DNA from: Octopus bimaculoides
Taxonomy: Eukaryota
Assembly: GCF_001194135.2 (NCBI RefSeq)
Contig: NC_068981.1
Span: forward strand, 180,621,055 to 180,685,054
Direction: 5' to 3'
Length of the DNA: 64,000 bases
Of this stretch, positions 25,001 to 39,320 are shown one piece after another. The notes under the pieces are model-generated. The model ran no database searches. It was not told where the DNA came from and worked only from the letters and a program-made list of their open reading frames with translations. Each line of letters begins with the position of its first letter. Within the stretch, counting starts at the first letter, position 1. The translations under genes and the position numbers were made by a program.

Positions 25001-28000
25001 CCCATGCTAGCATGGAAGGCGGACGTTAAACGATGATGATGATATCCATAGTAGCATAATTTGGACAGTTTGACCAGAGCTGATGAGGCCAGGGGTTGCA
25101 CAAGGCTCCGTTGTCTATTCTGGCATGGTTTCTATGGCTGAATGCCCTTCCTAACACCATAGGTGCCTTTTAAAATGGTTTCCATAACTCTGATATCAAT
25201 TTTTGAAATAATATCACATGTATATGCAAACATTATTTCTTTGTATCTTTATTTTAATAATTCAATCTCCCATGGAGCATTTAATCATAGTTGGAAAAAT
25301 CAAACGCATTTAAAGAGGTTTTAAACGCGATGTAAATGATTATCTTCCTCAACAGAGAATCAAGAACAGCTAGCAGAGATGACAAATTTGTATAAAGAAG
25401 AACGTCAACAACGGAAGACACTCACCAACAAAATAAATCAGCTAAATGAAGAAATTTCAGACTTGAAGTCATCTTGTGAATCTTTAGAAAAGGTGAGTGT
25501 AATATTAGAACCAACTTCGAGATTCAAAACCTTTGATAATATAATACAGCCTATAAATTTTTGTTGAAGTTATGTCTAATTTTTTTTCATTACTGTTAAT
25601 AATCTAATGACAGTTTTTTGGGTTTTTTTCTCTTATGTAAATCATTAAGTACTTTAGAGTGAAGATTTTGAACAAAGTTACTATAGAAGGACTTGGTAAC
25701 AAAACTTCATATTATTGACATATTCAAAGAGACATTTGAACATGCAGCTATACAGGCAGCTAAGAAATGATAGTTTGACTGGCCTGAAGATGATAAAACA
25801 ATGGAAAAACATTTCCTTAGAGTAGAAAGTGATGAAAGAAAGGTACCTGTTAAATGAGGGCAAGATTTAAAATGGAAATAGTATGATCTGTTGAGGCAAA
25901 TGAAATCGAAATCAAACCAAATTTGACGACTGGCAACCTCTCCAACCTCTCCTTCATTGGACACGAAGCTCGGCTTGCGATGACCTGTTGGGGCAAGTGA
26001 AATCAAAATCGTGATTGAACCAAATTCGATGTCTGGCACCTGTGCCAGTGGAGTACTAAGAGCACCGTCCAAGCGTGATCATTGCCAGAGCAGCTGTCTG
26101 ACTTCTGTGCCAGTGGCATGTAAATAGCACCATTTGAGTGTGATCATTACCAGTGTCGCCTTACTGGCACGTGAAAAAACATTTGGGCGAGGTTGTTGCC
26201 AGTGCCGCTGAACTGGCTCCTGTGCAGGTGGCACGTAAAAAACACCATTTTGAGCATGGCCGTTGCCAGTACCACCTGACTGGCCCTCGTGCTGGTGCAC
26301 GTAAAAGCACCCACTACCCTCTCGGAGTGGTTGGCGTTAGGAAGGGCTTCCAGCTGTAGAAACTCTGCCAAATCAGATTGGAGCCTGGTGCAGCCCTCTG
26401 GTTCGCCAGTCCTCAGTCAAATCGTCCAACCCATGCTAGCATGGAAGGCAGACGTTAAACGATGATGATGATGATATAATTTTGAGTTAAAAGGGATATG
26501 GTATACTAAATTTGCAGGCTTTTAGAATGGATGATTTTATAATTGAAATTAAAAGCTCTGTAGCTAAGTTGATATTTTTATTTACATTTTTTCTCTTTCT
26601 CAGAATGTCACGGAACGCAAAAAGAAAGCTCTTGATGAGAGAAGACGACATGAAGAGGAAATAGATGAACTAAAGTCACAGTTTGAGGTGAGGTGTTCTC
26701 CTGTTAGTATTTCTTGCACTTTCATTTGTTTACATTGGTGTGAAAAAAAATGGGTTGGTCTGTGGTTGGAAATATAGCAGCCATTGGGAACAGACTTTTA
26801 TGTGATATCACATTTTAATTTTTTTAAAGAAAGATATATTTGTAAGGAATTTGGTGAAACACAATGACTGCGAAATTAAGACTATTGAATATAAAGTTCA
26901 GATTTTACACCAATTTAACATTTTTTGTATTGTTGCTACGAAGAACTTGCATTGATGTAGCTAGCCAGTGGTTGTTAATAAGGCTGATAGTTGAGTTCTA
27001 AAGCAAAACACCTTGCCTAATACCACATTTTTGGTCATTCAAGTTTCACACCTTTCTAATGTTACATGGAGGACATCTTTAAAAATTTATGAAGCATAAA
27101 TTGATTAGTTTTAACTCATAAATGCCAGAACAACAACATGAAGATGCTCGGTGATCTTATGGTTGTAAGTGCTTTCAATATTAATGAACAAGAACTACAT
27201 CACATTTCTGCTATCTCAACATTTTAATCTGCCTATTTTAGACGGATTTAGAAACCTACCGCAAAAAACTCCGTGCCCAGAAAGCTTCAGCAGTTTCTAG
27301 TGAACAGGTAAGTTGAGATGGTTTCTTTTTGTTTAAAGATATCTCTTTGTACACTATTTACATTATTTATATTTGACGGATATTTATCCTCATCTTGTTT
27401 GTTGTTAACACGTTTCGGCTGATATACCCTCTAGCCTTCATCAGGTGTCTTGGGGAAATTTCGAACCTGTGTTCTCATTCTTAAGGTATTTTTTGATTGG
27501 TATATTATTGTAGTTGTTATTGTTCAGGTCACTGCCTGGAATCGAACTCGGAATCTTAGAATTAGTAGCCCATGCTCTTAACCACTACACCATATGCCTG
27601 TGGGCAATCATGGAGTGAATTTTAGGGCTTATAAATCTAATATTTTTTTATCCTTCCTTAATACCAGTTCCCATATGCTATTCATATGTGCACTCGGGCT
27701 GCTTAGGAGGTTGTTGTGTCCTAGCATATGTGCTGCTTCTTTTAGATTTCATATTTTCCAGTGGTGTTCTCTGTCTATTATTTTAACTTCATCCCGCAAG
27801 GGGAGGTGGTCTCCATTTTTCCATACATGATCAGCTGTACCCGATTTATCAATATCTCCTCGTGTCACAGCTTTGCGATGTTCCTCTACTCTTATTTTGA
27901 AGGGGCAGCATGTTTCGCCTTTGTATAACCTACCACAGCTGCATGGGATGGAGTACACACGATTTTTGGTCATATTCTCTTCTATTGGTGGTTTTACCTG

Positions 28001-31000
28001 GAGGTGATACTTACGGAGTGTTGTATTACTCTTGAATACTGTCTTGATGTCATATCTTTTGTATCTTTTCGGAGAGGCCTTTCACATAGGGTAGACAGAC
28101 TGTAGACAGTTTATTTTATATTTTTATTGACTTCACTGTTTGGGCTCTGTTTATGCTAGGATACTGCCTTCAGGTGTTTTTAGTCAATCATAAGTAACTC
28201 CAGTACTATTTTGTTTAGTATTTATTTCGTTAATATATATTTGATGCATGTGTATGTTTTGATGTTTGTTTGTTTGTTTGTTTTTTCTTAGTTCATTTTC
28301 TAATCTTTTTTTATTTATTTATTTAGACATTACATATTGAAGAAGAACTAAAGAGAGAATATGAAGAGAAAGCCAAACGAACTCAACAGTTAGCTGAAGA
28401 GAAACATAAAAGAGCGCTCGAGGTTTTAGCAGAGGAAAAATCTGGACTCGAACAAAATCAGAAAGAACTTGAAGATAAAGTTAGTTTATAGATGTTTTTA
28501 CTTCTGTTTTGTGTTATTTTTGTTGTTGTTTTTTATAATATGGAGGGTTAAAGGAGTTTAATTAACGAAAAAGGTGGTACAGCATTGGATTAAATGTTCT
28601 ATAGTATGTAGTTTTATCTATGTTCAAAGTCCTGTGGTTGGAGGTCAATAAAATAAGTGCTAGGGTTATGTTTCACCTATGATTCAGTCAGTGTAGCTTT
28701 CTCTGTAAATTGGTCTAAGAATTTATATGTTGATGATGATGATTTTAATATATAACATATAAATAAGACTTCTAAAGATTATTCTAAACTTAATTTTCAA
28801 ATTTCTGGTAATCTTGCAGAGAAAAATTACAATATACACACAATAAAAACTGTTTTATATAGAATCAATTAATCTTTTAGGGGTTAATATAGTTTCATAA
28901 CACTGTGTAACAAAATTTTTCATTTTGCTTTTGTCTTTGGTTAGTAACTGTTATTTCTTTTTTGCTTATATTTGGAAATCAAATGAAATCACTACTATTC
29001 CCTTCAAATTTTGCTTTGTGACCTGGACATCGAAGTTTTGATCTATTTTCCATTAAATTTCAGATACATTCAGTGCTGAGTTGCTGAAGCAGAAATATTA
29101 TTATAGCAAATATTCTGTTCAAACCACAGTTGCTTGACCTTAACCACTTGAGCATGTCTCTTAGCGGCTGACAATATGTGCATCTCTGATCATGAGCAGG
29201 AGTAGTGGAGGAGCACCATAGCCATGTGTTGAGAGGGATTCTTTGGGGTTTGAATAAATGTAACAAAAGCAAAGTTTGAAGAAAATATTTAGCCATTTTT
29301 CATACTTTCTAGGGGTGAGCAAATAGGAAATAACAGTTGCTACCCAAGGATAAAAATCGTGTTACTACAATGTCATGAATCATAGCTAAATTATTCTCAT
29401 AAAAACCTCGCAATCTGTGTGTGTGTGTGTTTTTAACATTTGTAACACTAACCATTTCTAGTGAAATAAGCGTGATACAACATTTTAGCTAGGTTAACTA
29501 AAGTAAGCAGAGGGATGTGCTGAGGAGATTTCAGATCACATTTGCAAGTAATGTAAAATAGTAGTCTAATAAAATTAGTGCTGATCTGCGTTAGTGAAGG
29601 ACAAGATAGCATATAATATCTAAAGTACTTTCTGCTGTCTGTGCTCTCACTACTGTCTTACATTCATCATCATCATCATGCATCCATTTTCCATGCTAGC
29701 ATGTGTAAGACAGTTTGACTGGAGCTTGTAAGCAGGAGAGCTGCACGAGACTCAGGTCTGTTTTGGTTTGGCTTTTACAGCTGGATGCCCTTCCTAATGC
29801 CAACCACTCCACAGTGTACTATGTGCCTTTCACATGTCACCAGCACAGGCCATGACATAGGCTATTTATGGCTAAAGTTCCATAATGATTGCAAAATGAA
29901 ATAACAAGCTTGTGTTTCATAAGAAGTGAATGTTAGTGTTTCAGGAGATAAGGGACCTTCCATGAAATGCTACACTTTTCTTCTCCTGAAAAATAATGAA
30001 AAAAATAATTTTGTAAAAATTTTATCAATAAATAAGTGACATTCTTTTTCCCTTTCTTTCTTTCAGATTGCAAACCAAAAAGTTGTTGCAGCTCAGAGAG
30101 AAAATACCATAACAAAATTAAATGAACAACTTGAGCAACTGCTTGGTTGGAAAGAAAAGGTAGTCTTCTACACCAATCATCCAGTTTTTAACTTTATAAT
30201 CACCTTTTACTTCATAACATTTTGCTGTTAATTTTTTTTACCTTCCAATATTGTAGGAGAAAGAATGATATACAAGTTAATAAGGGAAGAAGCAGGGATG
30301 ACCATGATCTTTGTAAGCTTGCTCAGACTAATGAGATTGCACTTGATGTTCAGTTTAAGCAATAATAGGTCAATGTCTGCAGGACAAGCATAATGCAAAG
30401 AAGGAAATCCAGAGAATGGTAGCTCAAGGGAAGAAGGGTTGAGAAAAGCATTTAATCTGATAAAGGGGGAGAATGAGAATTGCTGATCATTGCATGACAT
30501 CCAGAAGTCGTATGTCAACTGGTCTCATGGCAGTCAGTTGAAGGAAGAATCAACAGAGAAAGAAAACGTCTGACCTATGTGGACAACTTGCTTCAGGAAT
30601 GGCAAATGTTGAATTAAGAACATGCATGGGGGACCATGATGGATGGTGTGCCCATGAAGGCGGCGAGCTGGCAGAAACGTTAGTGCGCCGGGTGAAATGC
30701 TTAGCGGTATTTCATCTGCTGTTACGTTCTGAGTTCAAATTCCGCCAAGGTCAACTTTGCCTTTCATCCTTTCGGGGTCGATAAATAAAGTACCAGTTAT
30801 GCACTGGGGTCGATCTAATCGACTTAATCCCTTTGTCTGTCCTTGTTTGTCCCCTCTTTGTTTAGCCCCCTGTGGGCAATAAAGAAATAAGGATGGTGTA
30901 CTCATGTGAAGTCATTGAAATGTCCAGGAAGATGGCCAAACTAAACTAACTAAAGGATCTGAGACACAGTGAGGATGATAGGAGGAAGAAAGATGTGAAG

Positions 31001-34000
31001 TGAGCGAGTAGGTAAATAGCCAGGTAAGAAGAGCTGAAACTAATGCAGTAGCTATAGAAGAGACAGAGAGGAAATCCTGTATCTGTAACGTAGTGATTAA
31101 AGTATGTTGGTGAGTGAAGGACCTTTTGGAAGTTGTTGAGATTGTGTATGTTTGTGTACAGCAGCAGGTTCAGTCCCACTGTGTGACATCTTGAGTAAGT
31201 ATCTTCTACTATAACCCCCAGACCAACCAGAACCTTGTAAACGGATCTGGTTGGACTATACGGGTGACTAGACTATAGCCTGTATGTATGTTTGTTCCCT
31301 TGATTTGGCACTACACGACAGTTGTAAACAAGCATCACAGTCATATTAGCGGTGTCTTTTGGTTCCAGTCTTCCATGAAAACATGGCCAACCACGAGGAA
31401 ATATTACTTTGCTTAGAAATAAATGAGTGTTGGCAACAGGAAGGGCATCTGGTCATACAAAAATCTGCTTCAATGAAGTCTGACTGACCTCTGCAAGCAT
31501 GGAAACATGGATATTAAAATTACGATGATATGTATGAATATAATACATATGTTCATAAAGTCGAATCAGTCAGTTATTTGTATTGTTTTACATTTGTGAT
31601 AAGTACATATTTAATTTTTTTTTTTTTTTTTTTTTTTTTACTTTCAGTATGAGAAACTACGTTCACAGGCATCTTCTATGAAAACAAAATATGAAGAAAG
31701 AATTCAAGAACTTCAAGACGAAGTTGAACAATATCAAGATCAAGTGAACAATGCTAACACAGCCAATAATGTAAATACAGATGTTTTTACTGAGGTAGGT
31801 TCATTTTAAGTCTAAAAATTTTCCAGCGGTGGTGCTAAGACGGTTGTTGTTCAGCTCCAGATCAACTGTGATTGAACAGACCTTTAATCAAAGACATTCT
31901 AAACATGACCATTCTCTTTTTTTATTTTGGATATGTGACCATTTTTTAATCTTTTACAGGGTAGGGTATGATTTAAGGGATATTTGTCTTTCTAGCAGGT
32001 CGTGCAATTCCAGAGCTTCCCTCCTCAGCTTGAGAAGTATTCCTTCAGGGTTAGAAAATATTTCTGTCCCACAACAGCTGCTAATGCTCAAGGCTCAAGT
32101 GAGACTTGCAATGTAGGATTGCTCCCACATCTGGAAAACAAATACCCTGGACCACATTCAGGGAAAGCCCACTCATTCAATGGACACACTCCTGCCTCTG
32201 TCCCACAGAAATTCTGTCTCTCCTCTCTAACTTTTCTATTACTATTATTATGGCTTCTGCTCTTCAAAGCTGGCTGGTCTTGTACTTTCATAACTCAGGC
32301 GCTGTGATGTTTTGAAGTGTTTGAGAGAGGACATTTGACAAAAGTGACTGGATCTGCGGAGCGCAAAGAATTTGGATTTTTCACCAAGCTCCCCTCACTC
32401 GTTAGTTTCTCACCATGAAACAAAATGGTATCACTTCTGCACCCACCCTGTTTGCCAGATTTAGCACCTGCAGATTTCCATCTCTTCCCTGAGATGAAAA
32501 CGCAGCTCAAACATCACCACTTTAACACTTGTCAAGATCCAGAGCGAATCACAGAAGGTCCTCAACTCATTTATTGAAAAGGACTTCCAGGCCAGATTCC
32601 AAAAGTGGCAGGAATGCTGGGACCAGTGTATTACTGCACAAGGTGACAAATTTTGAAGGAGATGGTGTTAAAACTTGGGTAAATAAGTTATTTTTTGTTA
32701 AACATAAGTCTGGGAACCTTTTGATACCACCTTGTGTATGTATGTATGTATGTATATATGAGTGTGTACATATGCATGTGTAAACACATATAAACATTTA
32801 TTTTCAGGTGAAAAAGGTAATGAATGGTGTTTACCAGAGTGCACGGTCTGAACTAAAGACAGAGGGAAGTTACAAAGGTTCAGAGGTCTTATCTGTTTTA
32901 CTTCATATTATTAAGGTAAATAACCTTGATTTCTCCCCCACCCCACCCACTCTCTCACATATTGCCTTTTTTTGATACATTTGAGTTTTTAAACATTGTA
33001 ACCAGGCTCCAGAATTTTATCAATCAGATTGTTTTTTTGTATCCAGGTGTTGATCAGTGACTAGTATGGGTGTGCAGACCACACAGAACGACCACTTTAT
33101 ACATTTGTGTTTGTTGTAGTCAAAGAGATGTTACATTTAAGGAAGTGCACAACCAGTTTGTCTACCACACAGAGTGGCCAAAACCCATGCTTTGCCACTA
33201 ACATAATATTGCATTCAGAAAGTTTAATGGATAGCTAGAAGTAGCAAAAATGGTGCAGTAAGCCTACCCAATATCAACATAGAGACTTAGCATTAGATGG
33301 TATATTTCTTATAGTCTAAATTTCTCCAATATATGACTGATATTTATTTTATCAACCTTGAAGGACAAATATCAGACAGCTCTTGTGAGATTTGGCTGTT
33401 GAACAGTGGACTACTGCACAAGATAGCATATAATATCAAAAGTACTTTCTGCTGTCTGTGCTCTCACTATTGTCTTACATTCAACATCATCATCATCATT
33501 TAGCATCCATTTTCCATACTAGCATGTGTAAGACAGTTTGACTGGAGCTTGTAAGCAGGAGAGCTGCACGGGACTCAAGTCTGTTTTGGTACGACTTTTA
33601 CAGCTGGATGCCCTTCCTAATGCCAACCACTCCAAAGTGTACTATGTGCCTTTCACATGTCACCAGCACAAGCTATGACATAGGCTATTTATGGTTAATG
33701 AAGAATTCAAATATCAACCAATTGTAGTCAAACAAAGTTCCAAATCTTAAGAGCATGGTTTATTGAGTTCAAAGACCTAAGCATCCACATAAAGACCAAA
33801 GTAAGAAGGAGCCTAAGATCCTGATGCCAGTGGAGACGTTGCTTTCTTGACATGTAAGAAAGCCAGAAAAGGTGATGTGGGTTCTGCTTCTGTTAGACTA
33901 TTGTAGATGCACAGGAGAAGACAGCTATAAGATTATTCATGAAATAAAACCCATGACTGTTCAGAGGGTTCACTAGATGTAGCTGGTAGTTTCTGTTACA

Positions 34001-37000
34001 TAGCTGACTATTAATGCTGGCGATGGTTCTGGTGAAAGGTTAGTAGCTACAATAATGAAGAAGTAGAAGAAATTTGGGGAACCATTGCTTCTCATCTTCA
34101 TCATCATCATCATCGTTTAACGTCCACTTTCCATGCTAGCATGGGTTGGACGATTTGACTGAGGACTGGTGAACCGGATGGCTGCACCAGGCTCCAATCT
34201 GATCTGGCAGGGTTTCTACAGCTGGATGCCCTTCCTAACGCCAACCACTCTGAGAGTGTAGTGGGTGCTTTTACATGCCACCTGCACAAGGACTAGTCCA
34301 GCGGTACTGGCAACGACCTTGCTCAAATGGTTTCCTAACGTGCCACCGGCACAAGTGCCAGTAAGGCGATGCTTGACAATAAAACATGACATGCATAAGA
34401 AGTGATTTTGTATGATAGCAACACATTAGTACTGAATTTTTCCTGAAACTGGAGAGAAATAAGGTGTGTACTAGCTGCATAATCTTAGCCTGCATGAAAA
34501 ACGGCAAAATTAAGCTGAGAAAATGGCTGGACATTAAAATCCTCAACCAAAGTGTACAGGAGTGATGACTGTACTTTTATAGTTGATGTGTTTTGAGTAG
34601 AAAAAAAGGTACCGTCTTCTCTTTTGTAGAAAACATTTGTAAAAGAGAAAAATGGATGACAAAGTGGTCGAATTAGATTCCAGGACATTGAGCCTTACAG
34701 AAGTAATGAAGAATTGACAAGATATTGGTGATATGGTCTAGGGCAGACCCATTTAACTTATGTTAGCGTGAGAGAAAAAAAACCCACTGACATTAAAATG
34801 TTAATAATAATGTTTGATGAATGTTATTTTCAATTCTGGCCTACAGTCAACGACTCTAAATTTAGTAGCTCAACAAGAACCACCTACAGATAATATGAAC
34901 GAAGAGCCTGATGAAGGATCACAAGAGATGACAATAGATGAACAACAAGATGAGAATGACAACAATGTTGAGATTCCAGAAAGTGAGGAAGACCAAGACC
35001 AAGTTCAGACTCCAGGTAAAGTAGTCTCCTCTATTTTAATCAAGCAACCAACCAAGCTTCTGCCTCACCTTATTTAGTTATTTTCTTCCAAAACACTTTT
35101 CTGTCAATGTCAACAACTAACAATAAGTTACCCCTTTGAATTTGCAAGACAATTAAAATAAACAGGGAGTCAAAAGTGTGTTAAAAAAATTTAATTTTAA
35201 ATTTTTATTTGTAAACAAAAATTATAGCTGGCTTATACAGAAATTATATATGACTGACTGACTGCTACTGAAATTTTAGTTTCCTTATTGGACTGATAGA
35301 GCAGGATCATCATTATGGTTTCGCATCTGTGTTCCATGCTGGCATGGGGTTCTTCACCAAGATCCATCTACCTTGATGGCTGTATTGGTCTTCAGTCTCT
35401 GCTTTGGTAAGATTTCCACAGCTGGATCATCATCATCATCATTTAACGTCCGCTTTCCATGCTAGCATGGGTTGGACAATTTGACTGGGGACTGATGAAC
35501 CAGATGGCTACACCAAGCTCCAATCTGATCTGGCAGAGTTTCTACAGCTGGATGCCCTTCCTAACGCCAACCACTCCGAGAATGTAGTGGGTGCTTTTTA
35601 CGTACCACCGGCATGAGGGCCAGTCAGGTGGTACTGGCAACAGCCACGCTCAAATGGTGTTTTTTTACATGCCACCTGCACAGGAGTCAGTCCAATGTTT
35701 TGCTCACATGCCACCAGCACAAGTGCCAGTAAGGCAAAGCTGGAAACGATCGCGCTCAAATGGTGCTTTTTACGTGCCACCAGCATGGAAGCGAGACTGC
35801 TGCTCTAGCAGTGATCCCACTCGGTTGGTGCTGTTAGCGCTCCACTGGCACAGGTGCCAGTCATCGAATTTGGTTCAGTGATTAATTCATTGTCTGGACA
35901 AAATTCAATTAAGATTTCTTTGATGACCTTTTAATTTGACTATTACAATTTCTTCACTTAGCTCCCATTTTGCTTTTATTGTCATGAATTGATCCTTTCT
36001 TAGTCAGCAGTCATCTTAGCAACATGTGATGCTTCATATTCTGAGTTGACTTATTGATTTGATTCAATAAAATCAATCAAGCAGCAAGCTGTTTCATACC
36101 ATATTTAATTCATGCCATTCCATTATCTTTGTTTTGTTTTTTTTTTTACCCGTATAGTATAAAGTCTATATATCAAGCCAGCAACAGAACCTCTGCATGA
36201 TCAAACATTATGTTAGAAATAGCAGCCAAGTCACACTCCAATCTCTTTTAAAAAAATAACATATATTGGATAGTATAGTCCCGGGTGTACTGTAGATACA
36301 GAAAAAGACAGGATGGTTGTGATTGGAATACCTTTAATCACAGGTACCAAACAACTGCATCCCTTATATGTAAATTATACAACTTACCAATTTTTTTAAC
36401 ATTCACTTTTCCATGCTTGCATAGATCAATCAAAATTTGTTGAAGCAGATTTTCTACACCCAAAAGGCCTTCCTGTTGTCAACCCTTGTATGTTTCCAAG
36501 CAAGTTAATATTTACTCCCATGGCTAAACATGTTTTACTTGTATGATAGTGATGTTCACTTACAATCATATGATGTCAGGGACATAGGTACACACATATA
36601 ATAGGCTTCTTTCAGCTACCATCTTCCTAATCTTCTTCATAAGGCTTTGGGCGGTGTAGTATTATAATAAAAAACACTTATCAAAGGTGCCCTGCAGTGG
36701 GATTGAAACCAGAAAGTACATGGTTAGCAAGCAAGCTTCTTAACCACACAGACACTCTACCTATAAGTGAAAGTATAAAATATTACTTCAAAAGACTTAA
36801 ACCACTAGTTTTCAATGACCACTACAGCAAAGTACAAATTAAAGTATCATAAATCTGATCTTGATTCTTATTACTATTTTAGTCTTTTACTTCAGTGATT
36901 AAGTTAGTAGAGGTGTTGCAGTGTTTATGATAGGCTTTACTTTATGTAAAGAGAAACACCTATGCTGTTCACAGATTACAACAAAAGTAGAAACAAAAAA

Positions 37001-39279
37001 TATATGAGAAAATCATTTCTATTTTTTCATCTTGTGTATTTGATAATCATAGAATCTGTGTTATATTGTATGCAGGATAACAAAATAAATATCTAAGACA
37101 GATAATCTATCATCCCTGAATAATACTGAAATGTTGGATTGCTATTTCTTAGAAGTTTAAGCATAACATTTAAATAGATTTAGTTGGATTTCTTTATTTA
37201 TTGTGTTATTCATATATTTGAAAAATAATTTGTTTTACTTGAAATGTTATTGTCCAGAGACTTGTTGAGGAAGTCTGTAAACTATCAAAATATGAATTTT
37301 GGTGGGGAGGGATAGATTACAAAATGCAGATCAGTTATACAACTTTACCCTGTATGTTCCTTTTTTAAAAAAAATGGATTTATCCTAATTTTTAGAAAAC
37401 ATTTCAAATAAGAAAAAAAGTCAAGTAGCTCTTGAGGACACAAGTGAAGAGGATTCTTATGCAGATTCTAATATTGACAACAATAACATGACGGATAATC
37501 AAAGAAAATCCTCTACGGTTGATAATGAAAAGATGAGCGATGGTGTCAGTAATCAGGAATTAATTAAAAAATCAGAACAGGATGACAACGAAGAAGTTGA
37601 TGTTAACAGCAATATTTCAACGGAAAAGCATGAACAATCAGATGAAGAGAAAATGATTAAAAGTGATGATAAAACAGATCACATAGAAAGCAACAAGAAA
37701 CAAGATGTGAAAATTGTTGATGGCACTTCAGGTTACAATGATGGAGTGGCTCCAGTTATCACGTAAGGCTTTGTATGTACCTGTTAGCACGCAAAATCCT
37801 AATGCTGAGTCACCAAGATCTTTTCCCTTTTTCCTCTAATACTATTAACCTTTGCATGAGTGCTAGTACTCATGTGATCTTCCTTTGTTCTTTCTGATTC
37901 TGACACCTCTAAACAGAAAACTTTGTTCGATCCTACTTACTAAAAGCTTTGCTTTGCTACAATCTTTAAAGTATCACTGGAACATTGAACTGGTTGAGGT
38001 TTCTTTTTAGTGTAACCTAACTTCCTTGTTACATCTGCATTAACACTTGCTTGTTCTCTTCTGCTTAACTATTGCTAAATCTCAACTTGATGTCATTATA
38101 ACCCATTCCAGACACCCACAATATTTCTGAATGAAATCATCTTCTCTTATCAGTTGCAATTCCTCAAGATTTTGGTATCTAATTCCATCACAATATTTCT
38201 GTTAGAAAGAAAATTCAAATATTGTGGGCTTCTCAAACTTCCTGCTGAAGTGAGATAGTTGTGTCATCATCACTTTTGGTTTTAAAAAATCCCAACACAA
38301 TTCACTAAAATTTTGACTAATATTGAAACCTCTTTTTAATAATTCTGCAGTATATTGACAAACCCTAACACTCAACTCCTACAGATTATTCTCTTTATTG
38401 GAAGCTAGTATTCAAAAACCAAAATATAATGCATAGATTTATTTTCTAATTAAGCTGATACTTTTACTTGCATTTTTTAAAAATATAACTATTATCACTG
38501 ACTAACTGAGAAGTAATCCTAATTGAACTGAAGAGATGTATAATTTTCTGTTGTTGTTTATTTTCCATCTTTATCTAATTTTTCAGTTTTTGAGAACACT
38601 TATAAATCTAAAACAAAATATGTTACTTTAACCCTTTTGTTACCATATTTCTGTTGAGATGTTCTGTATTTCTTTCAATTAATTTTAAATATAACAAAGA
38701 ATTTAGTAAAATAACTTAGTTATCATTAAGCTAGTGTTAGGAACATAAATTGTGACTAAGATTTTGAAGATTTTGATTGAGAACTTTTGAAAACAAAACA
38801 TTTGTACTACAGAGAATAATTCAGCAAACAATACAAGTCAAATAAACTTCTTTGTATTGATAGAGTTGACTCCCTATCCATTATTTCAAGTTTGTTGCCA
38901 AAGAGGCATTCATCAAACGGTACGGCAACAACAAAAACTTGAAGTAATGGAACAGTAGTAGACTCTTTGACAATAAAAAGAAACATATTTACTACCTCTG
39001 TTGAGTACCCTTTACTTTGTTCATATTTACTACTAGCAAACATATATGCATGCTAGTTGTCTATGTAAGTGAAATATGCACAAAATAAACATCTCTGAAG
39101 AGACAACCATACTAAACAGTTATTTACTTGGCAGACTTACAACGAATACCAGTGAAGAGCTTTCAGCAGAAGACTCCTCCAGTACCACTTCTGCAGACAA
39201 GAGGCCCAGCAACTCTAGTTTGAAAACAACAGATTCTATGGAAGTAAGTGACAAAATTTACTTTTCCCTTTTTTTTACT

Positions 39280-39320
<41 letters not shown>

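Larger units (their letters stand above)
27350..28200 (-). mobile_element. Penelope/Poseidon-type PLE 3' remnant: GIY-YIG endonuclease, tRNA-like segment, hammerhead-like motif
   Basis: [23 protein letters not shown]; [27 protein letters not shown], with stops and frameshifts. Confidence 0.88.

Noticed and set aside
25960-26330. CRISPR-like repeat/spacer pattern (tggcacgtaaaa modules; also 35590-35880 and 42050-42370)
   Set aside because: Eukaryotic intron, no cas genes, and the spacers are themselves degenerate repeats shared among copies.
27526-27598. tRNA gene call (also the heads at 2911, 12988, 14138, 30659)
   Set aside because: Acceptor and T stems are broken and each head is fused to a repeat body; these are SINE-type heads.
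30228-30518. LINE endonuclease-like fragment on the minus strand
   Set aside because: Resemblance is too weak to name a family or fix boundaries.
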